Both the position numbers and the translations under genes were made by a program. DNA of 64,000 nucleotides from a phage: the sequence record PX880101.1; one strand, written 5' to 3'. Under the pieces are notes generated by a model. The model ran no database searches. It worked only from the letters and a program-made list of their open reading frames with translations, and was not told the origin of the DNA. Shown piece after piece: positions 28,412 through 37,581 of the stretch. Within the stretch, counting starts at the first letter, position 1. The number at the start of each line of letters is the position of its first letter.

Positions 28412-28717
28412 TTATTCTACAGAGCGTTTGAACAGAATGTCTGCCTCAGACATGTGCTCAACCTCTTCTTCGATTTTAGCTCGACGTTTTTCAGCCTCAT
28501 ATCGAATATCGAACTCGGTAGCCACCAAAGATTTGATGAATTTAGGAGAATACAGATGATCCTGCTTCTCAACAAGAATGATATCCTTGATGGCATCTTT
28601 CAGATCTTTAATCTGAAGCTGGAGTTCCACCAGTTCTTCGATTGTTTTGCGAAGGCGATCACGTTCTGCAGTGTCAGAAGGAAGAGAGGTGAACAGTTCA
28701 ACTTTAGATTTAGCCAT
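28412..28717 (-). CDS. hypothetical coiled-coil protein
   Basis: ORF; charged heptad-like sequence. Confidence 0.5.
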   Translation of the reverse strand: MAKSKVELFTSLPSDTAERDRLRKTIEELVELQLQIKDLKDAIKDIILVEKQDHLYSPKFIKSLVATEFDIRYEAEKRRAKIEEEVEHMSEADILFKRSVE

Positions 28718-28745
28718 AGTAAGAGTCTCCTTATGTTGTTTTAAA

Positions 28746-28997
28746 TTAACGTTCTACAAAAATACCGTTCAGTTCAATAACCAGGAATTTCTGGTCTTCA
28801 CTATCGTCTCGTGCCAGCACCTCACAGACGTATCGGTCATCCCCATCATCATCGCAGTCAAATACAAGACTGAGGACTTTATCATGATAAACCTTCGCCA
28901 CTACCGCCTCATAAGTATTGCCGATTGTGAATCCAAGATAATCTCCGATGCATTTGACAACAACATGGTCGCCAGCATTCAAGTCAATCTTCGTCAT
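28746..28997 (-). CDS. hypothetical protein
   Basis: ATG after AAGGAG (internal start of listed ORF 28746-29063). Confidence 0.5.
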   Translation of the reverse strand: MTKIDLNAGDHVVVKCIGDYLGFTIGNTYEAVVAKVYHDKVLSLVFDCDDDGDDRYVCEVLARDDSEDQKFLVIELNGIFVER

Positions 28998-29152
28998 TAC
29001 TGCGCTCCTTGGGTAATAATACTGTATGTAAAACTTTAACCAGAGATGTGAATAACGCCCCAAAACACACCGATAGCGCTAAAACAGACAAGGCCATCAT
29101 TAAAGCTTCAGTAAAATCAGTCACTCCTCACCTCTTGTTAGTCACTATACTG

Positions 29153-29416
29153 TCATTTATCCTTGCCGTCAAGAACTTTTTTAAATCTTTCAGGAATATC
29201 ACCTGTTCTTAGATAGTTCATGACCTCACAAGGTTCCCACTTGAATTTCTTACAAAGCAGGGCGGCTGAGATTGTTTCATTGCGAAAAGAAAGGATATTA
29301 ATATCCCATTCTGAGAACCCCAACTTCCGAAGGGTAGCTACAGAAATCCTCACCGCAACCCAGCAGCAAAAACATGCAACAAACGCCACTGCTATAACCC
29401 ACATCAGGATGTTCAT
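29153..29416 (-). CDS. hypothetical membrane protein
   Basis: Hydrophobic N-terminus. Confidence 0.45.
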   Translation of the reverse strand: MNILMWVIAVAFVACFCCWVAVRISVATLRKLGFSEWDINILSFRNETISAALLCKKFKWEPCEVMNYLRTGDIPERFKKVLDGKDK

Positions 29417-29505
29417 ACAAGCACCTCACTGAAATACAAGACACAGTGTTAAGGTTACTGACCAGCAAATAATTAACAGTACCGTTGCAACCTTGGCAAG
29501 ATTTA

Positions 29506-29793
29506 TCATAGTGCCTCTAAGATTTCATATCCTTCGGGTCGGAATACAAGCCACTCCGTGGCTCCGTTTGGTCGATACGCTTTATACAGAACAACCTGGT
29601 CTCGGCACATGCACATGGCTACATAGTTTTCATCCACACCTGCAGCCTGCATTGCATCTTCTTCTCCGGCAACTGCTTTGCTTACAACTTCCTTGGTAGG
29701 CAGGTGTGCGATCAGCTCGTCACCATCATTAATTCCAAAATGGCTGAGTTCGCCGTTGGTATCTTTAATCTTAATCTTAACCAGATCTTTCAT
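29506..29793 (-). CDS. hypothetical small acidic protein (tandem family member)
   Basis: MKDLVKIKIK N-terminus, acidic C-terminus; ATGA coupling. Confidence 0.5.
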   Translation of the reverse strand: MKDLVKIKIKDTNGELSHFGINDGDELIAHLPTKEVVSKAVAGEEDAMQAAGVDENYVAMCMCRDQVVLYKAYRPNGATEWLVFRPEGYEILEAL

Positions 29794-30122
29794 TAGTCTT
29801 CCCCCAGGTTCAAAGGTCCTAAGATTTCATATGCCAGATTAGAAGTTACAAGAGGGTCTTCTGCGTCTTTAGTATTATACCACCCGTGAATAACCAGAGT
29901 CCCACTTTGTTTCATGTCCAACTGGAACTCTTCTGCCGTTTCCTCATCCAGCTCCAAGATTTCCATAAGGTATTTGATGTTAGGGAGGTATGCAGCTGTT
30001 ACAGTCCCCTCTACCAGACCTTCAGGCCAACCTACATCTGGATGACAAGTAGGAACCAGGTTGGTCAGCTTAATGGTGTACGCTTTTTCTGCACGAGCCT
30101 TCAGTAACGGGTCAATCTTCAT
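29793..30122 (-). CDS. hypothetical small acidic protein (tandem family member)
   Basis: ORF; coupled starts and stops. Confidence 0.5.
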   Translation of the reverse strand: MKIDPLLKARAEKAYTIKLTNLVPTCHPDVGWPEGLVEGTVTAAYLPNIKYLMEILELDEETAEEFQLDMKQSGTLVIHGWYNTKDAEDPLVTSNLAYEILGPLNLGED

Positions 30123-30472
30123 TATTCGTCCTCCTCTTCGGTACCTGCTTCCAGTAATAAGTTAAGAATATCTTCTGCACAAGGCTCATAGAACTCTTGG
30201 CCTTCATTATCGATGATTTTATAGTCATCTCCACGAATAATCAGGGGATCACTCTCAAAATTATCGAGACCTTTAACAACGACAACACGATCGATTGCCA
30301 TCATTGTAAGAACTTTATCGACATCTTCCTCTGCTACACCATACTGCAGCAGAATGTCTTTGGTAGGAGGAACAGCATCCACCACAACACCGTTACCAAA
30401 ACCTTCCGGGAGTTTAGCTAAAATATCTTCCGGAACCACATTCACATCAAAACCAGTAATTTCTACTTTCAT
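30122..30472 (-). CDS. hypothetical small acidic protein (N-terminus MKVEITG)
   Basis: ORF; acidic C-terminus EEEDE. Confidence 0.5.
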   Translation of the reverse strand: MKVEITGFDVNVVPEDILAKLPEGFGNGVVVDAVPPTKDILLQYGVAEEDVDKVLTMMAIDRVVVVKGLDNFESDPLIIRGDDYKIIDNEGQEFYEPCAEDILNLLLEAGTEEEDE

Positions 30473-30733
30473 TTACAGCACCTCTTCGTCAACTACTTCA
30501 TAAAAATGGCTTGGGATTGCAATAGCGTTCTCACCTTCACCCAAGAACACTGTCCCACTAACGATTAACATTAGAAGAACGTCTGCGATACCTTCCTCGG
30601 GGACGTTGCCAAAACCTTTGATCAGCTCGTAGGTTGGAATATTTACCTCTAAGATGTCACCATCTTTAGAACGGAAATCAACACCGTCCTGAATCTCTGC
30701 CGTTTCAAGGTTTTTCAATTTAATCTTCATCAA
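30473..30733 (-). CDS. hypothetical small acidic protein (tandem family member)
   Basis: MMKIKLKNL N-terminus; C-terminus VVDEEVL. Confidence 0.5.
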   Translation of the reverse strand: MMKIKLKNLETAEIQDGVDFRSKDGDILEVNIPTYELIKGFGNVPEEGIADVLLMLIVSGTVFLGEGENAIAIPSHFYEVVDEEVL

Positions 30734-30809
30734 TCGGTCTCCTGTCTTGTTAAGATGAAGGTATTATTTCACACAGGGTTGGCGTTGTCAACACCTGTGT
30801 GCAAGAAAA

Positions 30810-31205
30810 TTACTGAAACAGTGCAGATAAATTACCTTCTGGTGGGAACTTATCTGCCAAAAACGGTGTTAGCACAGTAGCCTTCTGAAGATCTGGGGTC
30901 CACTCGTTGTTCAGAACATCCCAGTAGTACGCAATATTGCTGTGTGGGTGCCGCATTACGAACTTTTTCCCTTCGTAGTCATCTGAAACCTCTACAGAAG
31001 AAATAACAACAGAATCTTCAAGGGTTTCTTCATAGAAAGATCCACCTTCAAATTTCCAACGAGATGCAAGAGCCCCTGCCTTGAACGCTGCAGATAACGG
31101 ACTGTCGGCAAGAACATACATTTCTTGCACTCTGTCGCTGCGATCTTTGCTTCTTACGTTGTATACAGTATCTGAGCTATACTCAACACGGTATAGGCTT
31201 ACCAT
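30810..31205 (-). CDS. hypothetical protein, paralogue of 33017-33415
   Basis: Shared segments HP.S...YW....W.P...A..L. Confidence 0.55.
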   Translation of the reverse strand: MVSLYRVEYSSDTVYNVRSKDRSDRVQEMYVLADSPLSAAFKAGALASRWKFEGGSFYEETLEDSVVISSVEVSDDYEGKKFVMRHPHSNIAYYWDVLNNEWTPDLQKATVLTPFLADKFPPEGNLSALFQ

Positions 31206-31537
31206 TACCGCACCTCCTCAATAACTTCCACATCTGAACCTACCACAAATGCAAAAGGACAGGTTTCATGAAAGATATCCGGATCGCCGCCAAGCTTGCT
31301 AACAATTTCTCCACCACTAATAAACACAAGCTCACCGATATTCATCAGATTGCTGAAATAGTACCCATAATGATTAAAGAATGCAGCAGGGTCAGGTAGA
31401 CTAGTAGCCTCAAGCACTACATCGGTTGAGGTTACTTTCTTATCATAACCTCTCGCCTTTTGAGATGCAAGATCTGCAGAATCCTCAGGAGACCGGAGAT
31501 GCACAGGAATTGTTTCACCAATAAAGCGTACTTTCAT
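31205..31537 (-). CDS. hypothetical small acidic protein (tandem family member)
   Basis: MKVRFIG N-terminus; C-terminus GSDVEVIEEVR. Confidence 0.5.
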   Translation of the reverse strand: MKVRFIGETIPVHLRSPEDSADLASQKARGYDKKVTSTDVVLEATSLPDPAAFFNHYGYYFSNLMNIGELVFISGGEIVSKLGGDPDIFHETCPFAFVVGSDVEVIEEVR

Positions 31538-31541
31538 ATTA

Positions 31542-31805
31542 TCACCCAACAACCATAGCTTCAAAAGGAGTCATGAACGAATAAACGGCATCATCATCTG
31601 CTTCAGGGAATGCTCCCAAAGACTTCATGTCTGAGCCCTTGACAAATACAAGGTTTTGATCAAAAGCTTCTTGGGGGTCAATCCGATACATATTTCGTAG
31701 AATATCGCTTACCTCCTCATCAAGAGGTGAGTATGCTGTGCACGTTTTTCCGATCAAGCTTTGAGAATCAGGGTAGCCACCTGAAGTTTTAAAATAAACA
31801 ATCAT
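31542..31805 (-). CDS. hypothetical small acidic protein (tandem family member)
   Basis: ORF in tandem array. Confidence 0.5.
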   Translation of the reverse strand: MIVYFKTSGGYPDSQSLIGKTCTAYSPLDEEVSDILRNMYRIDPQEAFDQNLVFVKGSDMKSLGAFPEADDDAVYSFMTPFEAMVVG

Positions 31806-31896
31806 ATAGTATCACCTCTGGTAAGAGATTGGGATTCCTTTCCCATAAATAATTACAAATCTTCCTTAGCGAGGAAGTATGCTAATCCAAGCAGGA

Positions 31897-32166
31897 TTAT
31901 TCCTCTACAATCTCATACACATCAGGAGTTACAATCAACTCTTCTCCATTACCAGGTGCAACAAACACCACCAAACCCTCAGGTGTGTGCTTTTTAGCCA
32001 TCTCGATAACATCTTCTCGCAGAGCTGGCTCCATCAGATCAAAACCTTCACCCAGGGCATCACGAACCACCTTCATATAGTCCACTGGTTGTGCTTCAAC
32101 AATCATGCCTTCAACCAGACCACAATTTTTGTCTGCCAGCTCAGTTTTGAATAATTTAATTTTCAT
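31897..32166 (-). CDS. hypothetical small acidic protein (tandem family member)
   Basis: MKIKLFK N-terminus; C-terminus VYEIVEE. Confidence 0.5.
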   Translation of the reverse strand: MKIKLFKTELADKNCGLVEGMIVEAQPVDYMKVVRDALGEGFDLMEPALREDVIEMAKKHTPEGLVVFVAPGNGEELIVTPDVYEIVEE

Positions 32167-32303
32167 TTAGAGGTCTCCTCAATTATTTGATATTAATAGC
32201 CGTAACCTAACACATTAACTACAACTGCGATTGCAAACATAATTTCAAAGCATGCAATCTCTACATTTGGGACTAATTTCTTAATCACACCCATTGTAGC
32301 ACC

Positions 32304-32624
32304 TCATTCTCCAAAGTCAATCTTTACTTTGCCTTTCCCCTTACCTTTCTTTCCACCGCATTTAGCCAGCTGACGTGCTGCAACATCTACCATACGGTCA
32401 GTTGCCTCGTAAGCATCACTGCCTTTAGCCTTGGCAATAACTTCTTTTCCAGAATTGTCAAAAATGAACGCCATAACTTCCTGGTGATCATTTTCAACTT
32501 TTACACTCACACGTGCATAGTTAACAGAGGGATGTAAACGCTCCAGCTTGGACATTTTGCGGGAAATAAAAGATACCATACCTTCTGTGATTTCTACATT
32601 GTTGCCAGTGATTTCAATTTGCAT
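32304..32624 (-). CDS. hpf: Ribosome hibernation promoting factor / RaiA-family protein (HPF homologue)
   Basis: MQIEITGNNVEITEGM...KLE...VKVE...AKAKGSDAYEATDRMVDVAARQLAK aligns along its length with E. coli HPF (recalled as MQLNITGNNVEITEAL...KLEQ...LKVEK...ASAEGQDMYAAIDGLIDKLARQLTK). Confidence 0.75.
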   Translation of the reverse strand: MQIEITGNNVEITEGMVSFISRKMSKLERLHPSVNYARVSVKVENDHQEVMAFIFDNSGKEVIAKAKGSDAYEATDRMVDVAARQLAKCGGKKGKGKGKVKIDFGE

Positions 32625-32673
32625 AACGTGTTCCTTTTAAGGAAGAGGGAATAACTATCTCTCTTTGAAAACA

Positions 32674-32702
32674 ATGATACTAAATCTGAAGCGTTGTGTC
32701 AA
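32674..32702 (-). promoter_or_regulatory. sigma70-like promoter TTGACA-N17-TATCAT driving hpf (minus strand)
   Basis: Minus-strand hexamers with 17-nt spacer, about 50 nt upstream of the hpf ATG. Confidence 0.55.
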
Positions 32703-32708
32703 CAGTTT

Positions 32709-32999
32709 TTACAGCTTGTTGTCGATAGTTTTTAAAATATCCACAGCAAGATCTGCCATTTTTCGAACATACTCTGCAAACTCAACAGGATCCTTGATCA
32801 AAGAATTCACAGGGTCGTACCCTAGAGCGTTTAAAATGGCTGCAGCATCTACAACCTTCTCATCATTTGCGAAGATCTCTCCGTCAAACTTGTAGGTCCA
32901 TTTTGAGTCAACCTTAGCAGAGCAGGGTTTGTCCATGCTTGTTACACCATCGTCTTTAAACTCTCCTGCGTTATCAATATTTAGAATTAAATCCATCAT
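32709..32999 (-). CDS. hypothetical protein
   Basis: ORF. Confidence 0.5.
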   Translation of the reverse strand: MMDLILNIDNAGEFKDDGVTSMDKPCSAKVDSKWTYKFDGEIFANDEKVVDAAAILNALGYDPVNSLIKDPVEFAEYVRKMADLAVDILKTIDNKL

Positions 33000-33016
33000 G
33001 GTGACACCTCACTGTT

Positions 33017-33415
33017 TCAGTTTAGCTTTTCTTCAACAACCCCATAACTTGGGGCAGAGTCAAGAGCTTTCTGGTTTAAAAGTGGCGTAGCAGAATCTGC
33101 AAACGGTGTCCAAGTTTTTGTTCTGGCATTCCAGTAATGCTTCACTCTGGAATCTGGATGCACTATAACAAAAACTTTTTCACTTGTCAACACATTAATT
33201 TCTTCTACACCCTTGCTGATAATTTCTCCGTCATAGCCCCCAGTCTGGTATCCTTCGTACCAGGTTCTTGCATAGGCATAGCCAGCCTGCCAGCATGCAG
33301 CCTCCTCCGAGGTGGAGACTACGTAGAAGTCTTTCTCAAATTCCGGAATACGCCCTTGCTTTACGCTCCAAGCTCCGCGAATTTTCATTGTTACTTTGAA
33401 AAGCTTGTTCTTCAT
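33017..33415 (-). CDS. hypothetical protein, paralogue of 30810-31205
   Basis: Shared segments with 30810-31205. Confidence 0.55.
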   Translation of the reverse strand: MKNKLFKVTMKIRGAWSVKQGRIPEFEKDFYVVSTSEEAACWQAGYAYARTWYEGYQTGGYDGEIISKGVEEINVLTSEKVFVIVHPDSRVKHYWNARTKTWTPFADSATPLLNQKALDSAPSYGVVEEKLN

Positions 33416-33416
33416 A

Positions 33417-33671
33417 CTACCGCTCTACAATCTCTACGTCTGTTCCTACACCGAAGGCATAGTAATGTTCTTCCCCAAAGTAATACTTGGGGACACCCGC
33501 TTTGATCAGATCTAACCCGCGAATAAATACCACACCGTGTGATACAGTGGAATGCTTCTGACGCACAGGATCGTTGTCAGGCAACCATTCAAAGTACACC
33601 GCAGGTACAACCTTTCCCTTCAGGAAGGATTGTCCCAAGTAGACGTTAGAATCAAGAATTTTAACCTTCAT
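33417..33671 (-). CDS. hypothetical small protein (MKVKIL family)
   Basis: MKVKILDSNVYLGQ...GTDVEIVER. Confidence 0.5.
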   Translation of the reverse strand: MKVKILDSNVYLGQSFLKGKVVPAVYFEWLPDNDPVRQKHSTVSHGVVFIRGLDLIKAGVPKYYFGEEHYYAFGVGTDVEIVER

Positions 33672-33888
33672 TCTCGTCCTCCACTATCTCTACATCCTCA
33701 CCAAGGGCAAAGTTGTAGGTCCACTGGCTGTCAAAGCAGTCCTGAGATGCACCAGCGGCAATAAGATCTGCACCTTTTATTTTTAAAAGGTCAGGATAAT
33801 CTTCGTTAGGGATAGCGGTAAACACTTTCCCCACTAAGGGCTCCTGACCAATATAGAAGCTTGAATCTAAAACTTTAACTTTCATCAA
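33661..33888 (-). CDS. hypothetical small protein (MKVKVL family)
   Basis: MMKVKVLDSSFYIGQ...GEDVEIVED. Confidence 0.5.
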   Translation of the reverse strand: MMKVKVLDSSFYIGQEPLVGKVFTAIPNEDYPDLLKIKGADLIAAGASQDCFDSQWTYNFALGEDVEIVEDENEG

Positions 33889-34172
33889 CGGTCTCCCTCA
33901 GGCGGTTGTGGGACGTAAACACTGTTACGAATATCGTCAGCAGTGTAGTAATAAGTGGTTCCAACCCTATCTCGGGCTGCAATGTACTCTGCTATACCAA
34001 CAAGTGCCATTGATTTGGTGGCGTATCTTCCCCACTCGTTAGCTCCCCAGTAGAATTTAGACCAGTAGGGAATAAGACCGAACAAATATACCTTTTGACG
34101 AACTTCCCAGTAAGTGCCTTTTCCGACAAGTTTAAACTCTACTTCACTACTGTTAATCTTTTTCATTATCAA
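33885..34172 (-). CDS. hypothetical protein
   Basis: ATGA coupling. Confidence 0.45.
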   Translation of the reverse strand: MIMKKINSSEVEFKLVGKGTYWEVRQKVYLFGLIPYWSKFYWGANEWGRYATKSMALVGIAEYIAARDRVGTTYYYTADDIRNSVYVPQPPEGDR

Positions 34173-34465
34173 TCTCCCTCTACCGTGGTCGGATTGTCAG
34201 TAAGAAATTGAGCATTGGCTGGAGGCACGCCTGACATTTTCCACACAACCATAAGTTTATAACCAGGCACTCTATTAAGTGCAGATCGAGTAGAGTTTGT
34301 GCACGTATACTTTCGCTTTCCAAACCCGTTCTCCATCATAATCCAGTACCCAGTATCTTTGTCACCAGGTATCGGTAGACCACCTTCATCAACCCACTGA
34401 ATTGACCACGGCACGATGGCTACAGCTTTATATTTAAACTTTTTAAACCACTCAAAAAGTTTCAT
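34169..34465 (-). CDS. hypothetical protein
   Basis: ORF. Confidence 0.45.
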   Translation of the reverse strand: MKLFEWFKKFKYKAVAIVPWSIQWVDEGGLPIPGDKDTGYWIMMENGFGKRKYTCTNSTRSALNRVPGYKLMVVWKMSGVPPANAQFLTDNPTTVEGD

Positions 34466-34560
34466 AATTCAGCCCCGCATAGACATAATCACTATAAACA
34501 GGCAAACAATGAATCCGAATGCCACGCCACCCATAAACGTTAATATTGATGCAATCATAG

Positions 34561-34746
34561 TCAATCAGCCTCGCCTGGCAACTCTTCTACCTTAACATGC
34601 CGAAAAGTGTTACCGTAATGGTTGATCCATGACATCAGCTCACTTTCTTGCTCTTCCTCTGGGATGAACTCTCGAATACTGACAAGTTTTAAGAAAACCC
34701 AATCACAATCTGCACCCATTCTACCAGACAGACAATAGTGCTTCAT
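34561..34746 (-). CDS. hypothetical protein (start uncertain)
   Basis: Internal ATG after GGAGGG. Confidence 0.35.
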   Translation of the reverse strand: MKHYCLSGRMGADCDWVFLKLVSIREFIPEEEQESELMSWINHYGNTFRHVKVEELPGEAD

Positions 34747-34765
34747 AAAAACCCTCCCGCCCGGT

Positions 34766-34960
34766 TTAGAATATTGCTTCTTCCATTGCGCCTGAGAGCA
34801 ACAAAGAGGCAATCTGGCTAACATTCATCTCAGACTCTACTTCCTCCCCTTTGAAAGGTTCGCGGCAGAATAGGACTGTTTCAGGACTTTTACTTCGAAC
34901 AATATAATACAAATCATTCAATGTGTTGTAGTAATAAGTGTTAAAACGTAAGTTTTTCAT
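34766..34960 (-). CDS. hypothetical protein
   Basis: ORF. Confidence 0.4.
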   Translation of the reverse strand: MKNLRFNTYYYNTLNDLYYIVRSKSPETVLFCREPFKGEEVESEMNVSQIASLLLSGAMEEAIF

Positions 34961-35244
34961 TTTCTAGTCCCCTTCTTAGATTTTTGTGCAGAAACGCTTT
35001 CTGCAATACGAGACAGGCGTTCTTCTGAAGCTTTACCTATCCCAGGTTTCTTGAGCGGGTTATCTTTATGACCGCAATCCAATTGGATATTGGATACCTC
35101 CCCAATCTTGTAAGTCAATTCTAGCAAAAGGTTGTCGTCCTTGTCAAATGTTTTTACGATAAATTTTTTATCGTTCTCCTGAACTTCATATCTGGTACCT
35201 GCAGTATACAGCATGGTGCCATCAGCATAGGATATCCAGATCAT
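34957..35244 (-). CDS. hypothetical protein
   Basis: ATGA coupling. Confidence 0.45.
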   Translation of the reverse strand: MIWISYADGTMLYTAGTRYEVQENDKKFIVKTFDKDDNLLLELTYKIGEVSNIQLDCGHKDNPLKKPGIGKASEERLSRIAESVSAQKSKKGTRK

Positions 35245-35588
35245 TGAGCCTCCTTTTGCTGCAACAGCATTAACTCTTTGTTAGAGATCTTTACTGCTGT
35301 TTTTATTGTTCCATCTTCACGAAACCACGACCAGAACTCTACAGTGTCACCACTATCAAGTAAAGCATACCCATGGTAAAAATCTTTGTCCTTAGACAGT
35401 TTCTCATCGATATCTGCATCGACACATTCGTGATCCATAGCATTTTGCCTGAACGCATCGGTTATGCCAATGCACGCCTTGCTCTCAAGACTGGTATATC
35501 CGATATCTTTTAATTCAGTTTCCCAAGTCCAGTACCCTATAAAAGCTAAAACAGCTACCCACAGTAATAACGTTTTAATCTTTGGCAT
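35241..35588 (-). CDS. hypothetical protein with N-terminal signal anchor
   Basis: MPKIKTLLLWVAVLAFIGYW hydrophobic N-terminus. Confidence 0.5.
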   Translation of the reverse strand: MPKIKTLLLWVAVLAFIGYWTWETELKDIGYTSLESKACIGITDAFRQNAMDHECVDADIDEKLSKDKDFYHGYALLDSGDTVEFWSWFREDGTIKTAVKISNKELMLLQQKEAQ

Positions 35589-35650
35589 TCTCTCTACCTC
35601 TTTCTTAGTTTATTTCACTATGGCACATCCTTTGTGCCATATCTCAACTA

Positions 35651-36121
35651 CTACTTAAATAGTAGTTCAAAATAGTGCAAAATTAACAGAAGTTGAACTA
35701 CACCTAGTGCAACGGCGAGTATGTTAATCTTAGAATCGAAAAACTTCTTAACTTTTACTCTAAAAGGTTCCTTAATGTCCTTTACGATCCTATCTATAGA
35801 TGACCTCATATCCCTGATTACCATCCTGAACATTAAAGACGGATGCTCCCCCATCTCTGTAACGGAATCGAAAACATACTCTCTTCGGTCATAAGGGCCG
35901 CCAGCTCTGCGTATTAACCTCTCCACAGAGACCTCGAACGTCACACCTGTAACGTAATCATCTATAACAAGTCGTGACGGGTCTTTACCTTTACTATCAA
36001 GAGGTATCAAAGTTATCTTTCCAGATTTTGTTAAAATTTCCCCTTTTTCAAGCAAGGTGTACCAATGCTCTCTGCCAAGACTGTTGAGGCACGTTTTTAC
36101 ATATTTAACAAACATCGTCAC
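35651..36121 (-). CDS. hypothetical protein with C-terminal TM helix
   Basis: Hydrophobic C-terminus. Confidence 0.5.
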   Translation of the reverse strand: MTMFVKYVKTCLNSLGREHWYTLLEKGEILTKSGKITLIPLDSKGKDPSRLVIDDYVTGVTFEVSVERLIRRAGGPYDRREYVFDSVTEMGEHPSLMFRMVIRDMRSSIDRIVKDIKEPFRVKVKKFFDSKINILAVALGVVQLLLILHYFELLFK

Positions 36122-36303
36122 CCCTCATCGCACGTCTGATATAACCACTCTATAAAATCTTGATACCATTCGCCCTCTGAGCGCTCCGTAGGCCAATAAT
36201 CTTCACCCTCTCGTGCATTAAAATCTGAGTATTCAACTTTCCACTCCTTTACCAGCTCGTGGAGAAGGTTTTCAGCCTGCTCTAAAGATTTATTTTTTAC
36301 CAT
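36118..36303 (-). CDS. hypothetical protein
   Basis: ATG after AAGGAGA. Confidence 0.4.
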   Translation of the reverse strand: MVKNKSLEQAENLLHELVKEWKVEYSDFNAREGEDYWPTERSEGEWYQDFIEWLYQTCDEG

Positions 36304-36522
36304 TGCTGTCTCCTTTTTCAAGATAGTTATACATCAGAACTGCACCACCTAAGATGGCTACCAGTAACAATATCCCAGATAGCATCTCAATAAACATGGC
36401 TTGAAACACTGGAAGGTCTCCCTAAATTAACGCACCATTTTAAATACATGCTCTTTTCCCATAAAGGTGCCTGGCTAAGATCTGCGTAGAACGCAATCTC
36501 TTTAAGAACAGTATAGATAGTT

Positions 36523-36750
36523 TTAGGTGCGGTCTCCATCCCTACTCTCCTTCCTGATATTCTTGTAGTAATCAACTAGGCACATTATTACGATGAAGAT
36601 AACAACAGGCCAAAAAGGTGCAGCAGTGATGATGGTGATAAAATCATCAAACTTCACCCTTCGTCTGGACACGATGCATACACCTGTCAAGAATACCGCT
36701 GTTATAACGGACATTACCAGGTAACCTATTAGCACAACATTTATACTCAT
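36523..36750 (-). CDS. hypothetical membrane protein (two TM helices)
   Basis: Hydrophobic. Confidence 0.45.
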   Translation of the reverse strand: MSINVVLIGYLVMSVITAVFLTGVCIVSRRRVKFDDFITIITAAPFWPVVIFIVIMCLVDYYKNIRKESRDGDRT

Positions 36751-36780
36751 TGGTCCTCCCTTTGTAGGTTAAATTGTATA

Positions 36781-37314
36781 CTACAAATGGTCGCTGAGGG
36801 TGTCAAGAAAATTATCCCGTTCTTTCTCAGAGTTTTCATGTGTGTAGCTGAAAAACATATCGAGAATAACCTTATTGATATATTCCAGCTCCTCTGTGTT
36901 CAGATGCTTAGCAGGATCTACAATGACATCCCAAATATCATACAGACCACACTCATGATACCCATAACGCCACTCAATTGTCAAGCTGAGCGGCAAATCT
37001 TTACCTTCACAAACAACCTTCCATCTACATATGTTGGTATCTGGTCGTACCTGTGCACGGTACACCTGCACAAAATCCAATTTGAATTTGAGGTACTCGT
37101 CATACAATTTAAGCACAAAGCTCTCGATTTGTGGAGACACTTTTGCAGCAAACTGTGCGTATTTGTACTTGCACTGGATGATCTTTCTGCGTTTTGCAGT
37201 TAAATTTTTTGCCGCCAGTTGTTCTTCAGTGTATCTCCACCTACGATCAACAAACGCAACAGGGTCTTTGTCCCCATATAGGTCTTCCCAGTTAATCAGA
37301 AGCATACCTGTCAC
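36781..37314 (-). CDS. hypothetical protein
   Basis: ORF. Confidence 0.5.
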   Translation of the reverse strand: MTGMLLINWEDLYGDKDPVAFVDRRWRYTEEQLAAKNLTAKRRKIIQCKYKYAQFAAKVSPQIESFVLKLYDEYLKFKLDFVQVYRAQVRPDTNICRWKVVCEGKDLPLSLTIEWRYGYHECGLYDIWDVIVDPAKHLNTEELEYINKVILDMFFSYTHENSEKERDNFLDTLSDHL

Positions 37315-37544
37315 TCCTCCACAACTTCAAGGCCTTTACCGCCTCGCTCTGGCAGATTACTTAAAGATAGGTAATACATATAATCAGGAGAGATCCTGCC
37401 AGACTCTGCACCTGCAGCTAGTAAATCCTTCCCTTTAACCAGGACAACATTCTCGTTTGCAGATAGCCGTTTTGCTTCCACAATTTTACCAACACAGTCA
37501 ACCAAGGAAGGGTACCCTAAATCTGTAAGAAATTTAACTTTCAT
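37311..37544 (-). CDS. hypothetical small protein (MKVKFL family)
   Basis: MKVKFLTDLGYP...VVLVKGKDLLAAGAES...LEVVEE. Confidence 0.5.
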   Translation of the reverse strand: MKVKFLTDLGYPSLVDCVGKIVEAKRLSANENVVLVKGKDLLAAGAESGRISPDYMYYLSLSNLPERGGKGLEVVEE

Positions 37545-37581
37545 GCTACCTCCTACCTACCGTCCCTGGTAAGATAAATTA

